From Aquifex aeolicus VF5 (lineage in GTDB: Bacteria > Aquificota > Aquificia > Aquificales > Aquificaceae): DNA of 32,000 nucleotides. Positions 20,821-28,781 of this stretch are shown here, in pieces. A program made the translations under genes and the position numbers. Below the pieces are notes generated by a model. That model did no database searches and was not told the DNA's origin. It worked only from the letters and a program-made list of their open reading frames with translations. The stretch spans positions 420,001 to 452,000 of the forward strand of contig NC_000918.1 of the NCBI RefSeq assembly GCF_000008625.1. The letters are read 5' to 3'. Numbering within the stretch: position 1 is the stretch's first letter; each line of letters starts with the position of its first letter.

Positions 20821-22143
20821 ATGGAGCTTCACTTTGCGGATGAGCCATTAAAGGTAAGCGAAGAGATAAATAAAAGTATACTGGAAACACTCCAAGAGAA
20901 AGAACAAATAGAAGTTCGTGGGGATTACATAATATTTAAAAACTTTACTGGAGTTGTAGGAGATTGTTTGGTAATTCCACGAAAACTCGCAGAACACTTT
21001 AAGCTAATCAACGAAAGTGGTGAAAAAACGCAGAACTTTTACGAAAGGTATAAAGAATTATTTGGAAAATTCTTAAAGTATATCCTGAAAAAACTTGCTA
21101 AAGAGCACATAATTTATACCCTTAGCTTGTCCAGTTTTCCCGTTGATGAGAGTAAACTAAACGAAAGTAAAATCTTTAAACTCCTGGTTCTCTTAGAGAA
21201 AAAAGAAGAACTTATAAATTCCCTGCGTTTAATTTTGTCTATTCCGCACAAAAACTTGGTTGAATACGAAACTTATAAAAGTTTAAACGAGGTTAGTTAT
21301 GTTGATTCAAATGTAATTATTGATATAGTTCAGAATCCGGAAAAACTTTACGAAACGGAAAAGGGGATAATAGAACACGAAGGAAAGAGGTATTCCCCTA
21401 CCGCGGTTCTTCAATATGAGTTTGAGGAAAGTTTTGATACTCCAGAAAACAGGTTCGTTAAACACTTATTAAAGGAACTTGAAATCCTTTTGTCTGAAGA
21501 GCTAAAGGATTTCTTCTTCTTAGAAGAATTAAAAGAAATAAAAGAAGAAATAGAGTATACACTCCGGTCGGATGTATTTTCCGAAGTGGGAGACTTAAAC
21601 TTTTTCCCTTCAAATTCTCAGGTTTTGATGAAAAAAGCAGGATACAGGGAACTCTTCCAGATTTACAGGCTCTTGCACCTGTCCTTTGTTCCTAGAATTT
21701 TTGAAGATTTAGATTTAGCGTTCTCATTAAAAGATATGGCAACACTTTGGGAGTACTACGTTTTAATAGAGATTTTAAGGGAATTTAAAGAAAAGTTTGG
21801 AACTTACAAAGTGATAATTGATTTTGAGGAAAAAGTAGAAGGTAAAACGGTTTACGAAGAGGCACAGTTTAAATTTGAGAATGATTTAATCTTGTATTAT
21901 CAAAAGAGTCTTTATGCTTATTCTGGTTTACGCTTCAGACCGGATTTTTACGTGAAATTCAAAGACAACAGATTTATATTTGATGCAAAATTCAGGATAT
22001 TTGAAAATAATGAAAAGGATTTGCTTCAAAATATGCACTATTACAGAGACGGATTAAAAGTTACATCTGCCGTTGCTGTATGTTTTGGAGAAAAGAACAA
22101 AAGAGTTCTTTTTGGAAGACGGATGGAAGTAAAGAATCAATAA
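20821..22143 (+). CDS. McrC-like / DUF2357-type PD-(D/E)XK nuclease (restriction system component)
   Basis: 440 aa; C-terminal FRPDFYVKFKDNRFIFDAKFR fits PD...DAK nuclease core; upstream of an McrB-like AAA+ gene. Confidence 0.7.
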   Translation: MELHFADEPLKVSEEINKSILETLQEKEQIEVRGDYIIFKNFTGVVGDCLVIPRKLAEHFKLINESGEKTQNFYERYKELFGKFLKYILKKLAKEHIIYTLSLSSFPVDESKLNESKIFKLLVLLEKKEELINSLRLILSIPHKNLVEYETYKSLNEVSYVDSNVIIDIVQNPEKLYETEKGIIEHEGKRYSPTAVLQYEFEESFDTPENRFVKHLLKELEILLSEELKDFFFLEELKEIKEEIEYTLRSDVFSEVGDLNFFPSNSQVLMKKAGYRELFQIYRLLHLSFVPRIFEDLDLAFSLKDMATLWEYYVLIEILREFKEKFGTYKVIIDFEEKVEGKTVYEEAQFKFENDLILYYQKSLYAYSGLRFRPDFYVKFKDNRFIFDAKFRIFENNEKDLLQNMHYYRDGLKVTSAVAVCFGEKNKRVLFGRRMEVKNQ

Positions 22144-22232
22144 ATTTATTTTCTGAATTAATAGAAAATAATTTTGACGGAGTAGGGTATATTGATTTAA
22201 AATTAGATATGGGGGATTTTAAATGGAACTAA
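22080..22232 (+). CDS. Short overlapping ORF (50 aa); possibly the frameshifted C-terminus of the McrC-like nuclease
   Basis: Read directly: MFWRKEQKSSFWKTDGSKESINLFSELIENNFDGVGYIDLKLDMGDFKWN*; fills the 22144-22222 gap and overlaps the next ATG. Confidence 0.35.
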   Translation: MFWRKEQKSSFWKTDGSKESINLFSELIENNFDGVGYIDLKLDMGDFKWN

Positions 22233-22543
22233 AACCTAAGTTCATTATAAAGATAACTTCCAAATCATTGGAAAATTTCAGAAAAACCGTATTAGAAGGT
22301 ATTGAAAAGGAAGGAGAAAAGAAGTATTTTTGGAATATCTACAGTTATTGTGGAAATTTTAATTCAAATGATGTAGTATTATTTATTGCTGAAAAACATC
22401 CAGCTGTACTCGGACAAATTATAAAAACAGCGAATGGTGATGAATTTTATAATGAACGTTTAAAGAAAGAATGGAAAGATAAAAAGGGTAGATTTAAAGC
22501 ATATTTTGAATTTAAAAAAAATAAAAGAAATAAGTCTTCCTGA
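22223..22543 (+). CDS. Small protein, possibly PUA/EVE-like reader domain of the McrBC-like system
   Basis: 106 aa; FWNIYSYCGNFNSNDVVLFIAEKHPAVLGQIIKTANGDEFYNERLKKEWKDKKGRFKAYFEF resembles the 'GDxVLFY...IxG.g.V' pattern of EVE/PUA-like folds; position between nuclease and AAA+ genes. Confidence 0.35.
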   Translation: MELKPKFIIKITSKSLENFRKTVLEGIEKEGEKKYFWNIYSYCGNFNSNDVVLFIAEKHPAVLGQIIKTANGDEFYNERLKKEWKDKKGRFKAYFEFKKNKRNKSS

Positions 22544-23915
22544 GGAAATTACAAAAAGTCTGTTATCGGAACATCAAGGCAGGAGAGTGTGTAAAAAATT
22601 TGATCAATTTTCAAAAGAAAATCAAGAAAAACTTTTAAATTTCCTTTCAAAGGAAATCTCAAATATGCAGGAAGCTACAAGAATAGAAACAGGCCAACAG
22701 GAAAAAGGAACTTGCTTAAAAAATTCTTCTTTAAAGTTAGATAGTCATATCGTAAACTCTTTCTACAACGCCTTAAAGACAAAAGGTTTCGTAATACTTG
22801 CAGGACTTTCTGGAACAGGAAAAACTAAGATTTTTGAAGAATTTGTAAAGTGTTTTCCCGAAAATCACAATCTCTTCTTCCCCATTCGTCCTGACTTTAA
22901 AGACTCTAAATCTCTACTCGGATATTACAACCCACTAAAAGGAGAATACCATTCAACTCCCTTGTTAGAATTCATTTTGGAAGCTTCAAAGAACTACCTA
23001 GAAAAAGGTAAAAATGCGGACACATTTTTCGTATTGTTTGACGAAATGAATTTAGCGAGAGTTGAGTATTATTTTGCAGACTTTTTATCAGTTTTAGAGG
23101 CAAAAAGATTTGAAAATAAAGATGAAGCAGTTAAAACTAATAGTTTTAATGAGTTTTTAGAAAGCTTAGAAAAAGATTTATCAGTATTAAACGAAGAAAA
23201 CTATAAATTTACATCTCAAAGCATAAAACTACACAACGAAGATACAAAAGACGTTCCAAAAGAACTATTTTTACCACCAAACCTTTATTTTATTGGGACG
23301 GTCAATATTGATGAAACTACTTACATGTTTTCTCCAAAAGTTTTGGATAGAGCATTTACAATAGAGTTTGACGTCGGAAGTTTTAAAGATTATTTAGAAT
23401 TTTTAAAAGCAAATTCAGATGATGAGAATTCAAACATAGATGAAAATCTGAAAGAAGATTTTATTAATAAAGGTGAGTTTGCAGTTATTGACAAACAAAA
23501 GATAAAAGAATTCTTTGAAAATGAAGAAAATAAAAAATATTTAAAAGATCTTGAGGAAATAAATAATACTCTAAAAAGGTTTGGTTTACATTTCGGATAC
23601 CGTGTATTTGACGAGATTGTTATGTTCCTGTATAACTCACAAAACTCCTACTTTAAATTTGAAAACTTAGATGAAGCGTTTGATTTGGCCGTTAAAATGA
23701 AAGTTCTTCCCAAGTTCCACGGAACAAGGCAAAGATTAGAAAAGCCTGTTGTTGAATTACTCAACAAACTTGGTGTGAAAAACCCTGAAGAAAAAATTAC
23801 AGATGGAATACCGCCAATAGATGAAATTGCTGAAACTCAATTCAAACACACAGTTCACAAACTCCTAGAAATGTTTTACAAACTGAAAACTCAGGGATTT
23901 GCTTCCTTCTTATGA
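22506..23915 (+). CDS. McrB-like AAA+ NTPase (restriction system motor subunit)
   Basis: 469 aa; Walker A GLSGTGKT, Walker B FVLFDEMNLARVEYYFADFLSVLEAKR, sensor/signature GTVNIDETTYMFSPKVLDRAFTIEF. Confidence 0.88.
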   Translation: MNLKKIKEISLPEEITKSLLSEHQGRRVCKKFDQFSKENQEKLLNFLSKEISNMQEATRIETGQQEKGTCLKNSSLKLDSHIVNSFYNALKTKGFVILAGLSGTGKTKIFEEFVKCFPENHNLFFPIRPDFKDSKSLLGYYNPLKGEYHSTPLLEFILEASKNYLEKGKNADTFFVLFDEMNLARVEYYFADFLSVLEAKRFENKDEAVKTNSFNEFLESLEKDLSVLNEENYKFTSQSIKLHNEDTKDVPKELFLPPNLYFIGTVNIDETTYMFSPKVLDRAFTIEFDVGSFKDYLEFLKANSDDENSNIDENLKEDFINKGEFAVIDKQKIKEFFENEENKKYLKDLEEINNTLKRFGLHFGYRVFDEIVMFLYNSQNSYFKFENLDEAFDLAVKMKVLPKFHGTRQRLEKPVVELLNKLGVKNPEEKITDGIPPIDEIAETQFKHTVHKLLEMFYKLKTQGFASFL

Positions 23916-23923
23916 AGATTAAG

Positions 23924-24000
23924 TGGTGTGCCCGGCGGGACTCGAACCCGCGACCTCGAGATTAGGAATCTCGCGCTCTATCCGCCTGAGCTACGGGCAC
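23924..24000 (-). tRNA. tRNA-Arg (anticodon CCT) with encoded CCA
   Basis: Reverse complement: GTGCCCG TA GCTC..GAGC, anticodon stem CGAGA-TTCCTAA-TCTCG, T arm GCGGGTTCGAGTCCCGC, acceptor CGGGCAC-A-CCA. Confidence 0.95.
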
Positions 24001-24063
24001 TACCACTAAATAAATATTATATATCCTTTCGCCTACAGAAAAAGGAATTAAAATTTAAGGATT

Positions 24064-25179
24064 ATGGAACTCCAGGTGGAGACGGTCTTTCAAACGGTTA
24101 GAGATAAAGAGTTTTTAAGGATAGCGGATAAAGTTTTAAACGAAAAGCGTATAAATCAGGAAGAAGCTTTATACCTTTACAGGAGCAATGAGCTTACCGC
24201 CCTCGGACTGCTTGCGGAATACATAAACAGGAAGAAAAACGGAATGTATGCCTACTTTATAGTGAACAGACAGATAAATCCCACAAATGTATGCATGTAT
24301 CAGTGCGACTTTTGCGCCTTCGGAGTTAAGAAGTCGGATCCCAAAGCCTACGAGATGAGTATGGAAGAAATACTGAAAAAAGTGGAAGAGCTTTACCTCA
24401 TGGGAGGCAGGGAAGTTCACATAGTAGGAGGGATACCTTCTTACTGGGATTACGATAAGTACGTAAGTATAGTAAGGGAAATTAAAAAGCGTTTTCCCGA
24501 GATAATAATAAAGGCTTGGACCGCGGTTGAGATACACCACATGGCGAAAATCTCCGGAAAGTCCTACGAAGAAGTTCTGAGTGAATTAAAAGAAGCGGGA
24601 CTTGACGCTCTTCCGGGGGGCGGTGCGGAAATATTCTCGGAAAGGGTGAGGAAGATAATAGCTCCTTACAAGGCAAACGCGGAAGAGTACTTAGAAGTTC
24701 ACAGAGTTGCTCACAAACTCGGGATTCCCAGTAACGCAACGATGCTTTACGGACATGTGGAAACACTTGAGGAAAGGGTAGAACACATGGAGATGCTGAG
24801 AAGACTTCAGGACGAAACGGGAGGCTTTCAGGTGTTCATACCTCTCGCTTACTGGCCTGAAGGGACGAGGCTCGGCGGAACGAGAACCTCTTCCGTAGAC
24901 GACCTGAAAACTATAGCTATATCGAGGATTTACCTTGATAACTTTGATCATATAAAAGCTTACTGGGTTACCTTGGGTGAAAAAGTAGCACAGGTTGCCC
25001 TGAACTTCGGTGCGGATGATCTGGACGGCACGATACAGGAGGAAAAAATAGTACACGCTGCAGGAACCAAATCCGCTTACGGGCACTCCGTGGACAAACT
25101 CGTGAACCTCATAAAGAAAGCGGGTAAAACTCCCGCTGAAAGGGATACCTTCTACAGAGTTGTCAGAGTTTACGATTAA
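24064..25179 (+). CDS. mqnE: Aminofutalosine synthase, radical SAM (futalosine menaquinone pathway)
   Basis: 371 aa; NPTNVCMYQCDFCAFGVK CxxxCxxC motif, GGIPSYWDYDKYV, LPGGGAEIFSERVR, TMLYGHVET. Confidence 0.85.
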   Translation: MELQVETVFQTVRDKEFLRIADKVLNEKRINQEEALYLYRSNELTALGLLAEYINRKKNGMYAYFIVNRQINPTNVCMYQCDFCAFGVKKSDPKAYEMSMEEILKKVEELYLMGGREVHIVGGIPSYWDYDKYVSIVREIKKRFPEIIIKAWTAVEIHHMAKISGKSYEEVLSELKEAGLDALPGGGAEIFSERVRKIIAPYKANAEEYLEVHRVAHKLGIPSNATMLYGHVETLEERVEHMEMLRRLQDETGGFQVFIPLAYWPEGTRLGGTRTSSVDDLKTIAISRIYLDNFDHIKAYWVTLGEKVAQVALNFGADDLDGTIQEEKIVHAAGTKSAYGHSVDKLVNLIKKAGKTPAERDTFYRVVRVYD

Positions 25180-25759
25180 GAATTTTCTCAATTTCTTCTT
25201 TTTTTACCTTCCCTTCCCTTAATATCTTTACACCTTCTGTTAGGTCCAGTATAGTTGATGGTTCTCCCTTTATAACTCCCGCGTCTATGTATAGATCTAC
25301 TTTATTACCGAAGTAATTGTAAGCTTCTTCTACGCTTTCAGCTGGTTTTTTGCCTTCAGGGTTTACACTGGGTGCAACCACGGGTTTTTTTAATTCGCTT
25401 AATAAATCCCTTATAAATCCTTTTTGTGGTAGCCTAACGGCTAAGGTTCCTTTACTTACGTAGTCCAGTTTATCGCAGGTTTTTCTAAAAACTAAGGTCA
25501 AACCTTCCACTTTCAGGAGTTTTTTGTGTTCTTCCTTTACGTCAAGGCAGAGTTTTTCGAGCCACGATTCATCGGGAAGGAGAACCAAGAAAGGCTTTCC
25601 CGAAGGTCTCCTGATTTTGTAGAGTCTTTTTACCGCTTCTTCGTTCGTCGCATCTGCAAGTATGCCGTACAAAGTATCTGTAGGAGCTACAATTATCCCG
25701 CCTTTTTTTAGAATTTCTACCGCTTCTTTTAGGGCTTCCTTAGAGGCTTTTAAGATCAT
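25163..25759 (-). CDS. tsaC: L-threonylcarbamoyladenylate synthase (Sua5/YrdC/TsaC)
   Basis: 198 aa; GGIIVAPTDTLYGILADATNEEAVKRLYKIRRPSGKPFLVLL; KGTLAVRLP; PVVAPSVNPEGK. Confidence 0.88.
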   Translation of the reverse strand: MILKASKEALKEAVEILKKGGIIVAPTDTLYGILADATNEEAVKRLYKIRRPSGKPFLVLLPDESWLEKLCLDVKEEHKKLLKVEGLTLVFRKTCDKLDYVSKGTLAVRLPQKGFIRDLLSELKKPVVAPSVNPEGKKPAESVEEAYNYFGNKVDLYIDAGVIKGEPSTILDLTEGVKILREGKVKKEEIEKILNRKL

Positions 25760-26805
25760 TTCTTTTTAGAAAGATACATCAATGGGTTGTAAAGGTTGCC
25801 CTGTTTGTCCCTTATTTCAAAGTGCAGGGCACACCTTCCCTCATCTGGTTTTATCCCCACGTATCCAATGGTTTCGCCCTTCTTGACTTTTTGATCGGCT
25901 TTTACGGTATTCCTCTCGTTGTAAGCATATACGGTCGTGTAAGTTCCGTGATCTAAGATAACTATATTCCCGTAAACGGATATATCGTTACCGCTGTAGA
26001 TAACCTTTCCGCTTTCCACAGCCTTTACCGGTTTTCCGCAGTCCGTATAAATAGTCACTCCCCTCTTGTCCCTTACAACTTTTCCGTCCACAGGTAAAAA
26101 TGCGAGACTTATCTTTGGAATTTTTGCGTACTTCTCTATGTAAACCCACCTGTAAACGGGAATTTTAAGTTTCTGTCCTACGCGTATTAGGTTACCCTTC
26201 AGTCTGTTTATCCTCTTTATTTCTTTTACACTCGTTCTGAAACGTTTTGCTATTTTTATTAAAGTGTCTCCCCTTCTTACCCTGTATATAACTATTACTC
26301 TTTTCCTAACTCTTTCTTTCACAACCTTCGGGTACTTAGAAGTCGTGCGATACACCTTTTGTTCTTTCTTTACTGTCTTTACTTCTTTATAAACAGGTAT
26401 CTTTAACTTTTGCCCGACGTAAATTCTGTTTCCCTTTAATTTGTTTACTCTTTTTATTTCTTTTACGCTTACTCCAAATTTCTTGGCTATTTTTATTAAG
26501 CTATCTCCCCTTTTAACCCTGTAAACTACATAACTCTTTTTGTAGTTAGTTTTAGTTTTAGTTTTAACAACCTTTTTACTTTTGCTTATTTTCTTCTTCA
26601 AACAAATTTTTTCACCGGGTCTTAAGTACTTTCTATTTTTGAGTTTAGGGTTTAGTTCTAAAAGTTTTCCTATTGACGTTTTATACTCTTTCGCTATTTT
26701 CCACAGGGAGTCTCCTTTTTTTACCTTATAGTAAACACTGCACTCGGAAGCGTATAGGGTGAGGGCACTAAGAATACCTAATATCAAAACCGTAAACGGG
26801 TTCAT
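25756..26805 (-). CDS. LysM-repeat protein with C-terminal LytM/M23-like domain (degenerate, NlpD/EnvC-like)
   Basis: 349 aa; signal peptide; three LysM units (YKVKKGDSLWKIAKEY, YRVKRGDSLIKIAKKF, YRVRRGDTLIKIAKRF); C-terminal GNIVILDHGTYTTVYAYN...CALHFEIRDKQGNLYNP. Confidence 0.88.
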   Translation of the reverse strand: MNPFTVLILGILSALTLYASECSVYYKVKKGDSLWKIAKEYKTSIGKLLELNPKLKNRKYLRPGEKICLKKKISKSKKVVKTKTKTNYKKSYVVYRVKRGDSLIKIAKKFGVSVKEIKRVNKLKGNRIYVGQKLKIPVYKEVKTVKKEQKVYRTTSKYPKVVKERVRKRVIVIYRVRRGDTLIKIAKRFRTSVKEIKRINRLKGNLIRVGQKLKIPVYRWVYIEKYAKIPKISLAFLPVDGKVVRDKRGVTIYTDCGKPVKAVESGKVIYSGNDISVYGNIVILDHGTYTTVYAYNERNTVKADQKVKKGETIGYVGIKPDEGRCALHFEIRDKQGNLYNPLMYLSKKK

Positions 26806-27040
26806 CGGATTGCTCCTTTATTATTTCTACTTTATCAACCCTTGCCGCGGGAGGTCCTTTGAGTATGTCCTTTATGAAGTGTCCTATAAGTTCTTCGTCT
26901 CCCTCTACGAGTATTTCAACCCTTCCGTCGGGAAGGTTCCTGACCCAACCGTTTAATCCGTAACTTTCCGCTATTCTCTTCGTGTAGGCTCTGAAGCCCA
27001 CTCCCTGCACCAGACCTTCTACGAAAATCCTCAACTTCAT
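26768..27040 (-). CDS. acyP: Acylphosphatase
   Basis: 90 aa; VEGLVQGVGFRAYTKRIAESYGLNGWVRNLPDGRVEILVEG is the acylphosphatase signature. Confidence 0.93.
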   Translation of the reverse strand: MKLRIFVEGLVQGVGFRAYTKRIAESYGLNGWVRNLPDGRVEILVEGDEELIGHFIKDILKGPPAARVDKVEIIKEQSDEPVYGFDIRYS

Positions 27041-27061
27041 GTTAATTATGATAAACGTAAA

Positions 27062-28048
27062 TTAATCCCCTATTTCTATCTTTCCTTCGTCTATCATCTT
27101 TCTGATGATGTTCACTACCTGCCTTTGAGCCTTTTCTATCTCTGACTTCTTCACAGGCCCTAAGGCTTCCATGTCTTCTAAGAAGAGCTTTGCCGCACGC
27201 TTTGACATGTTTGAAAGGAACTTCTGTTTTATGTCTTCGGGAGCACCGAGCAGGGCTATCATCAAGGTGTTTTTGTCCACAACTTTCAGTATTTCTATGA
27301 TATCCCTGTCCGAGAGTTTCCTTATGTCCTCGAAGGTGAACATCTTTTCCCTTATCCTTTCTTCGAGGAGGGGATCTTCCTGTCCTATGCTCTGGAGAAT
27401 GAGCTCCCTCGTTTCCTTGTCAAGGGTGTTTAAGAGTTCCGCGGCAACCGCTGTTCCCTCCAGTTTTAAGGCTTCCTTCGCACCTAAGGAACTTATCTCT
27501 TCGAGGAGTATTTGAGCGAGTTCCTTCACGTACTGCACGTTTACGTTTTCTAAGGTGGCTATCCTCTTTACAACTTCCTTTTTAAGTTCTTCAGGTAAGT
27601 TCTGGATTATCTCAGCAGATTTCTTCGGACTGAGCTGGGAAAGGAACAGGGCAATTGTTTGAGGGTGTTCGTTTTTCAAAAGACTTGCGAGTATTCTGCT
27701 GTCTACTTTTTCTATTTCTTTTAATATCTTCTCCGCGTCTCCGAGCTCCAGTATGCCCCTGAACTTCTCCGCAAGGGTGGGAGGGATTACCTTTTTAATG
27801 TTCTCTATAAACTCTTCGGGTTTCTTTATCTTTATTCCAGCTTTCTTTATTTCATCCAAAAGCTCTTCCGCTATGTTCTCTATTTCCTCCTCCGGAACAC
27901 TTTCCAAATCTTTGGCGAGTGCAAAGAGTTTCTGGAGTTCTTCTTCTGAGAGTTCCTTTACTATGTTCATACTGACTTCTTCGGGTAGGGAAAGCAGGAG
28001 TACTGCAGCCTTCTGAGCCTTCGATAGTGCACTCTTTTCTTGAGCCAT
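27062..28048 (-). CDS. fliG: Flagellar motor switch protein FliG
   Basis: 328 aa; LLKNEHPQTIALFLSQLSPKKSAEII (EHPQ motif), FTFEDIRKLSDRDIIEILKVVD. Confidence 0.95.
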   Translation of the reverse strand: MAQEKSALSKAQKAAVLLLSLPEEVSMNIVKELSEEELQKLFALAKDLESVPEEEIENIAEELLDEIKKAGIKIKKPEEFIENIKKVIPPTLAEKFRGILELGDAEKILKEIEKVDSRILASLLKNEHPQTIALFLSQLSPKKSAEIIQNLPEELKKEVVKRIATLENVNVQYVKELAQILLEEISSLGAKEALKLEGTAVAAELLNTLDKETRELILQSIGQEDPLLEERIREKMFTFEDIRKLSDRDIIEILKVVDKNTLMIALLGAPEDIKQKFLSNMSKRAAKLFLEDMEALGPVKKSEIEKAQRQVVNIIRKMIDEGKIEIGD

Positions 28049-28049
28049 T

Positions 28050-28748
28050 TTAGAATCCTAAAAATCCAAAATCTTGCTCCTTCCTCTGTATTAAACCACG
28101 TTGAACCATATTGTTCTCGAGAATCTTTATCAGGAGTTCGGGGTTGCAGTCCTTGGGACAGGAAAAGGTACAGTTCTTGCAGTGAGTACAGCTCTGGATG
28201 TTCAGGGGAACCAAATCCTTGAGTTTGTCCAGACCTTTTTTATTCCTCTTGTCAAAGACAACTCCGTAAGCTTTCGTGAAAGTGGAGGGTAGCCCGAAGT
28301 TTTTATCCGCCTGAATGGCCGGACATACGTAATTACATATACCGCAAAGGATACAGTCCCAGCTCTTCTCGGTGTTTTTGAGTTCGTCGGGCTTCAAGGG
28401 TATGTTCGTGGGAAGGGGCTCAAACCAGACTCTTCCTTTTTTTAATTTTTCATATATAAATTCATGTTCAACTACTAAATCCTTTATGGGAGGAGCTACA
28501 TCAACGGGCTCTAAAGTTATGTCGTCGTACACTCTGGTGTTGCACGCGAGTTTGTGTTCTCCGTTTACCTTTACCACACACGTCCCGCAAATTCCTGCCC
28601 TGCACATCGCCCTGAAGGAAAGTGTAGGATCTATTTCCTTAATGTTTTGTAAAATTTCCAGAACCGTTTTTCCCTCTCCGTCTACTTCGTACTCCTCCCA
28701 CCGAAAATCACCGTCCGAATAACGCTTTATCTTTACCTTCATACTCAA
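28050..28748 (-). CDS. Succinate dehydrogenase/fumarate reductase iron-sulfur subunit
   Basis: 232 aa; 2Fe-2S motif CRAGICGTCVVKVNGEHKLAC, 4Fe-4S CILCGICNYVCP, third cluster CTHCKNCTFSCPKDCNP. Confidence 0.9.
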   Translation of the reverse strand: MSMKVKIKRYSDGDFRWEEYEVDGEGKTVLEILQNIKEIDPTLSFRAMCRAGICGTCVVKVNGEHKLACNTRVYDDITLEPVDVAPPIKDLVVEHEFIYEKLKKGRVWFEPLPTNIPLKPDELKNTEKSWDCILCGICNYVCPAIQADKNFGLPSTFTKAYGVVFDKRNKKGLDKLKDLVPLNIQSCTHCKNCTFSCPKDCNPELLIKILENNMVQRGLIQRKEQDFGFLGF

Positions 28749-28781
28749 AATTTTATAGCTTTAGAATTTATTATCCAGATT

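Noticed and set aside
24001-24063. Full sigma-70 promoter for tRNA-Arg
   Set aside because: TATAAT is present on the minus strand (24016-24021), but no convincing -35 hexamer was found at suitable spacing, so only the tRNA itself is reported.
24169-25191. Minus-strand ORFs opposite mqnE
   Set aside because: mqnE has clear radical SAM motifs; the opposing ORFs are composition by-products.
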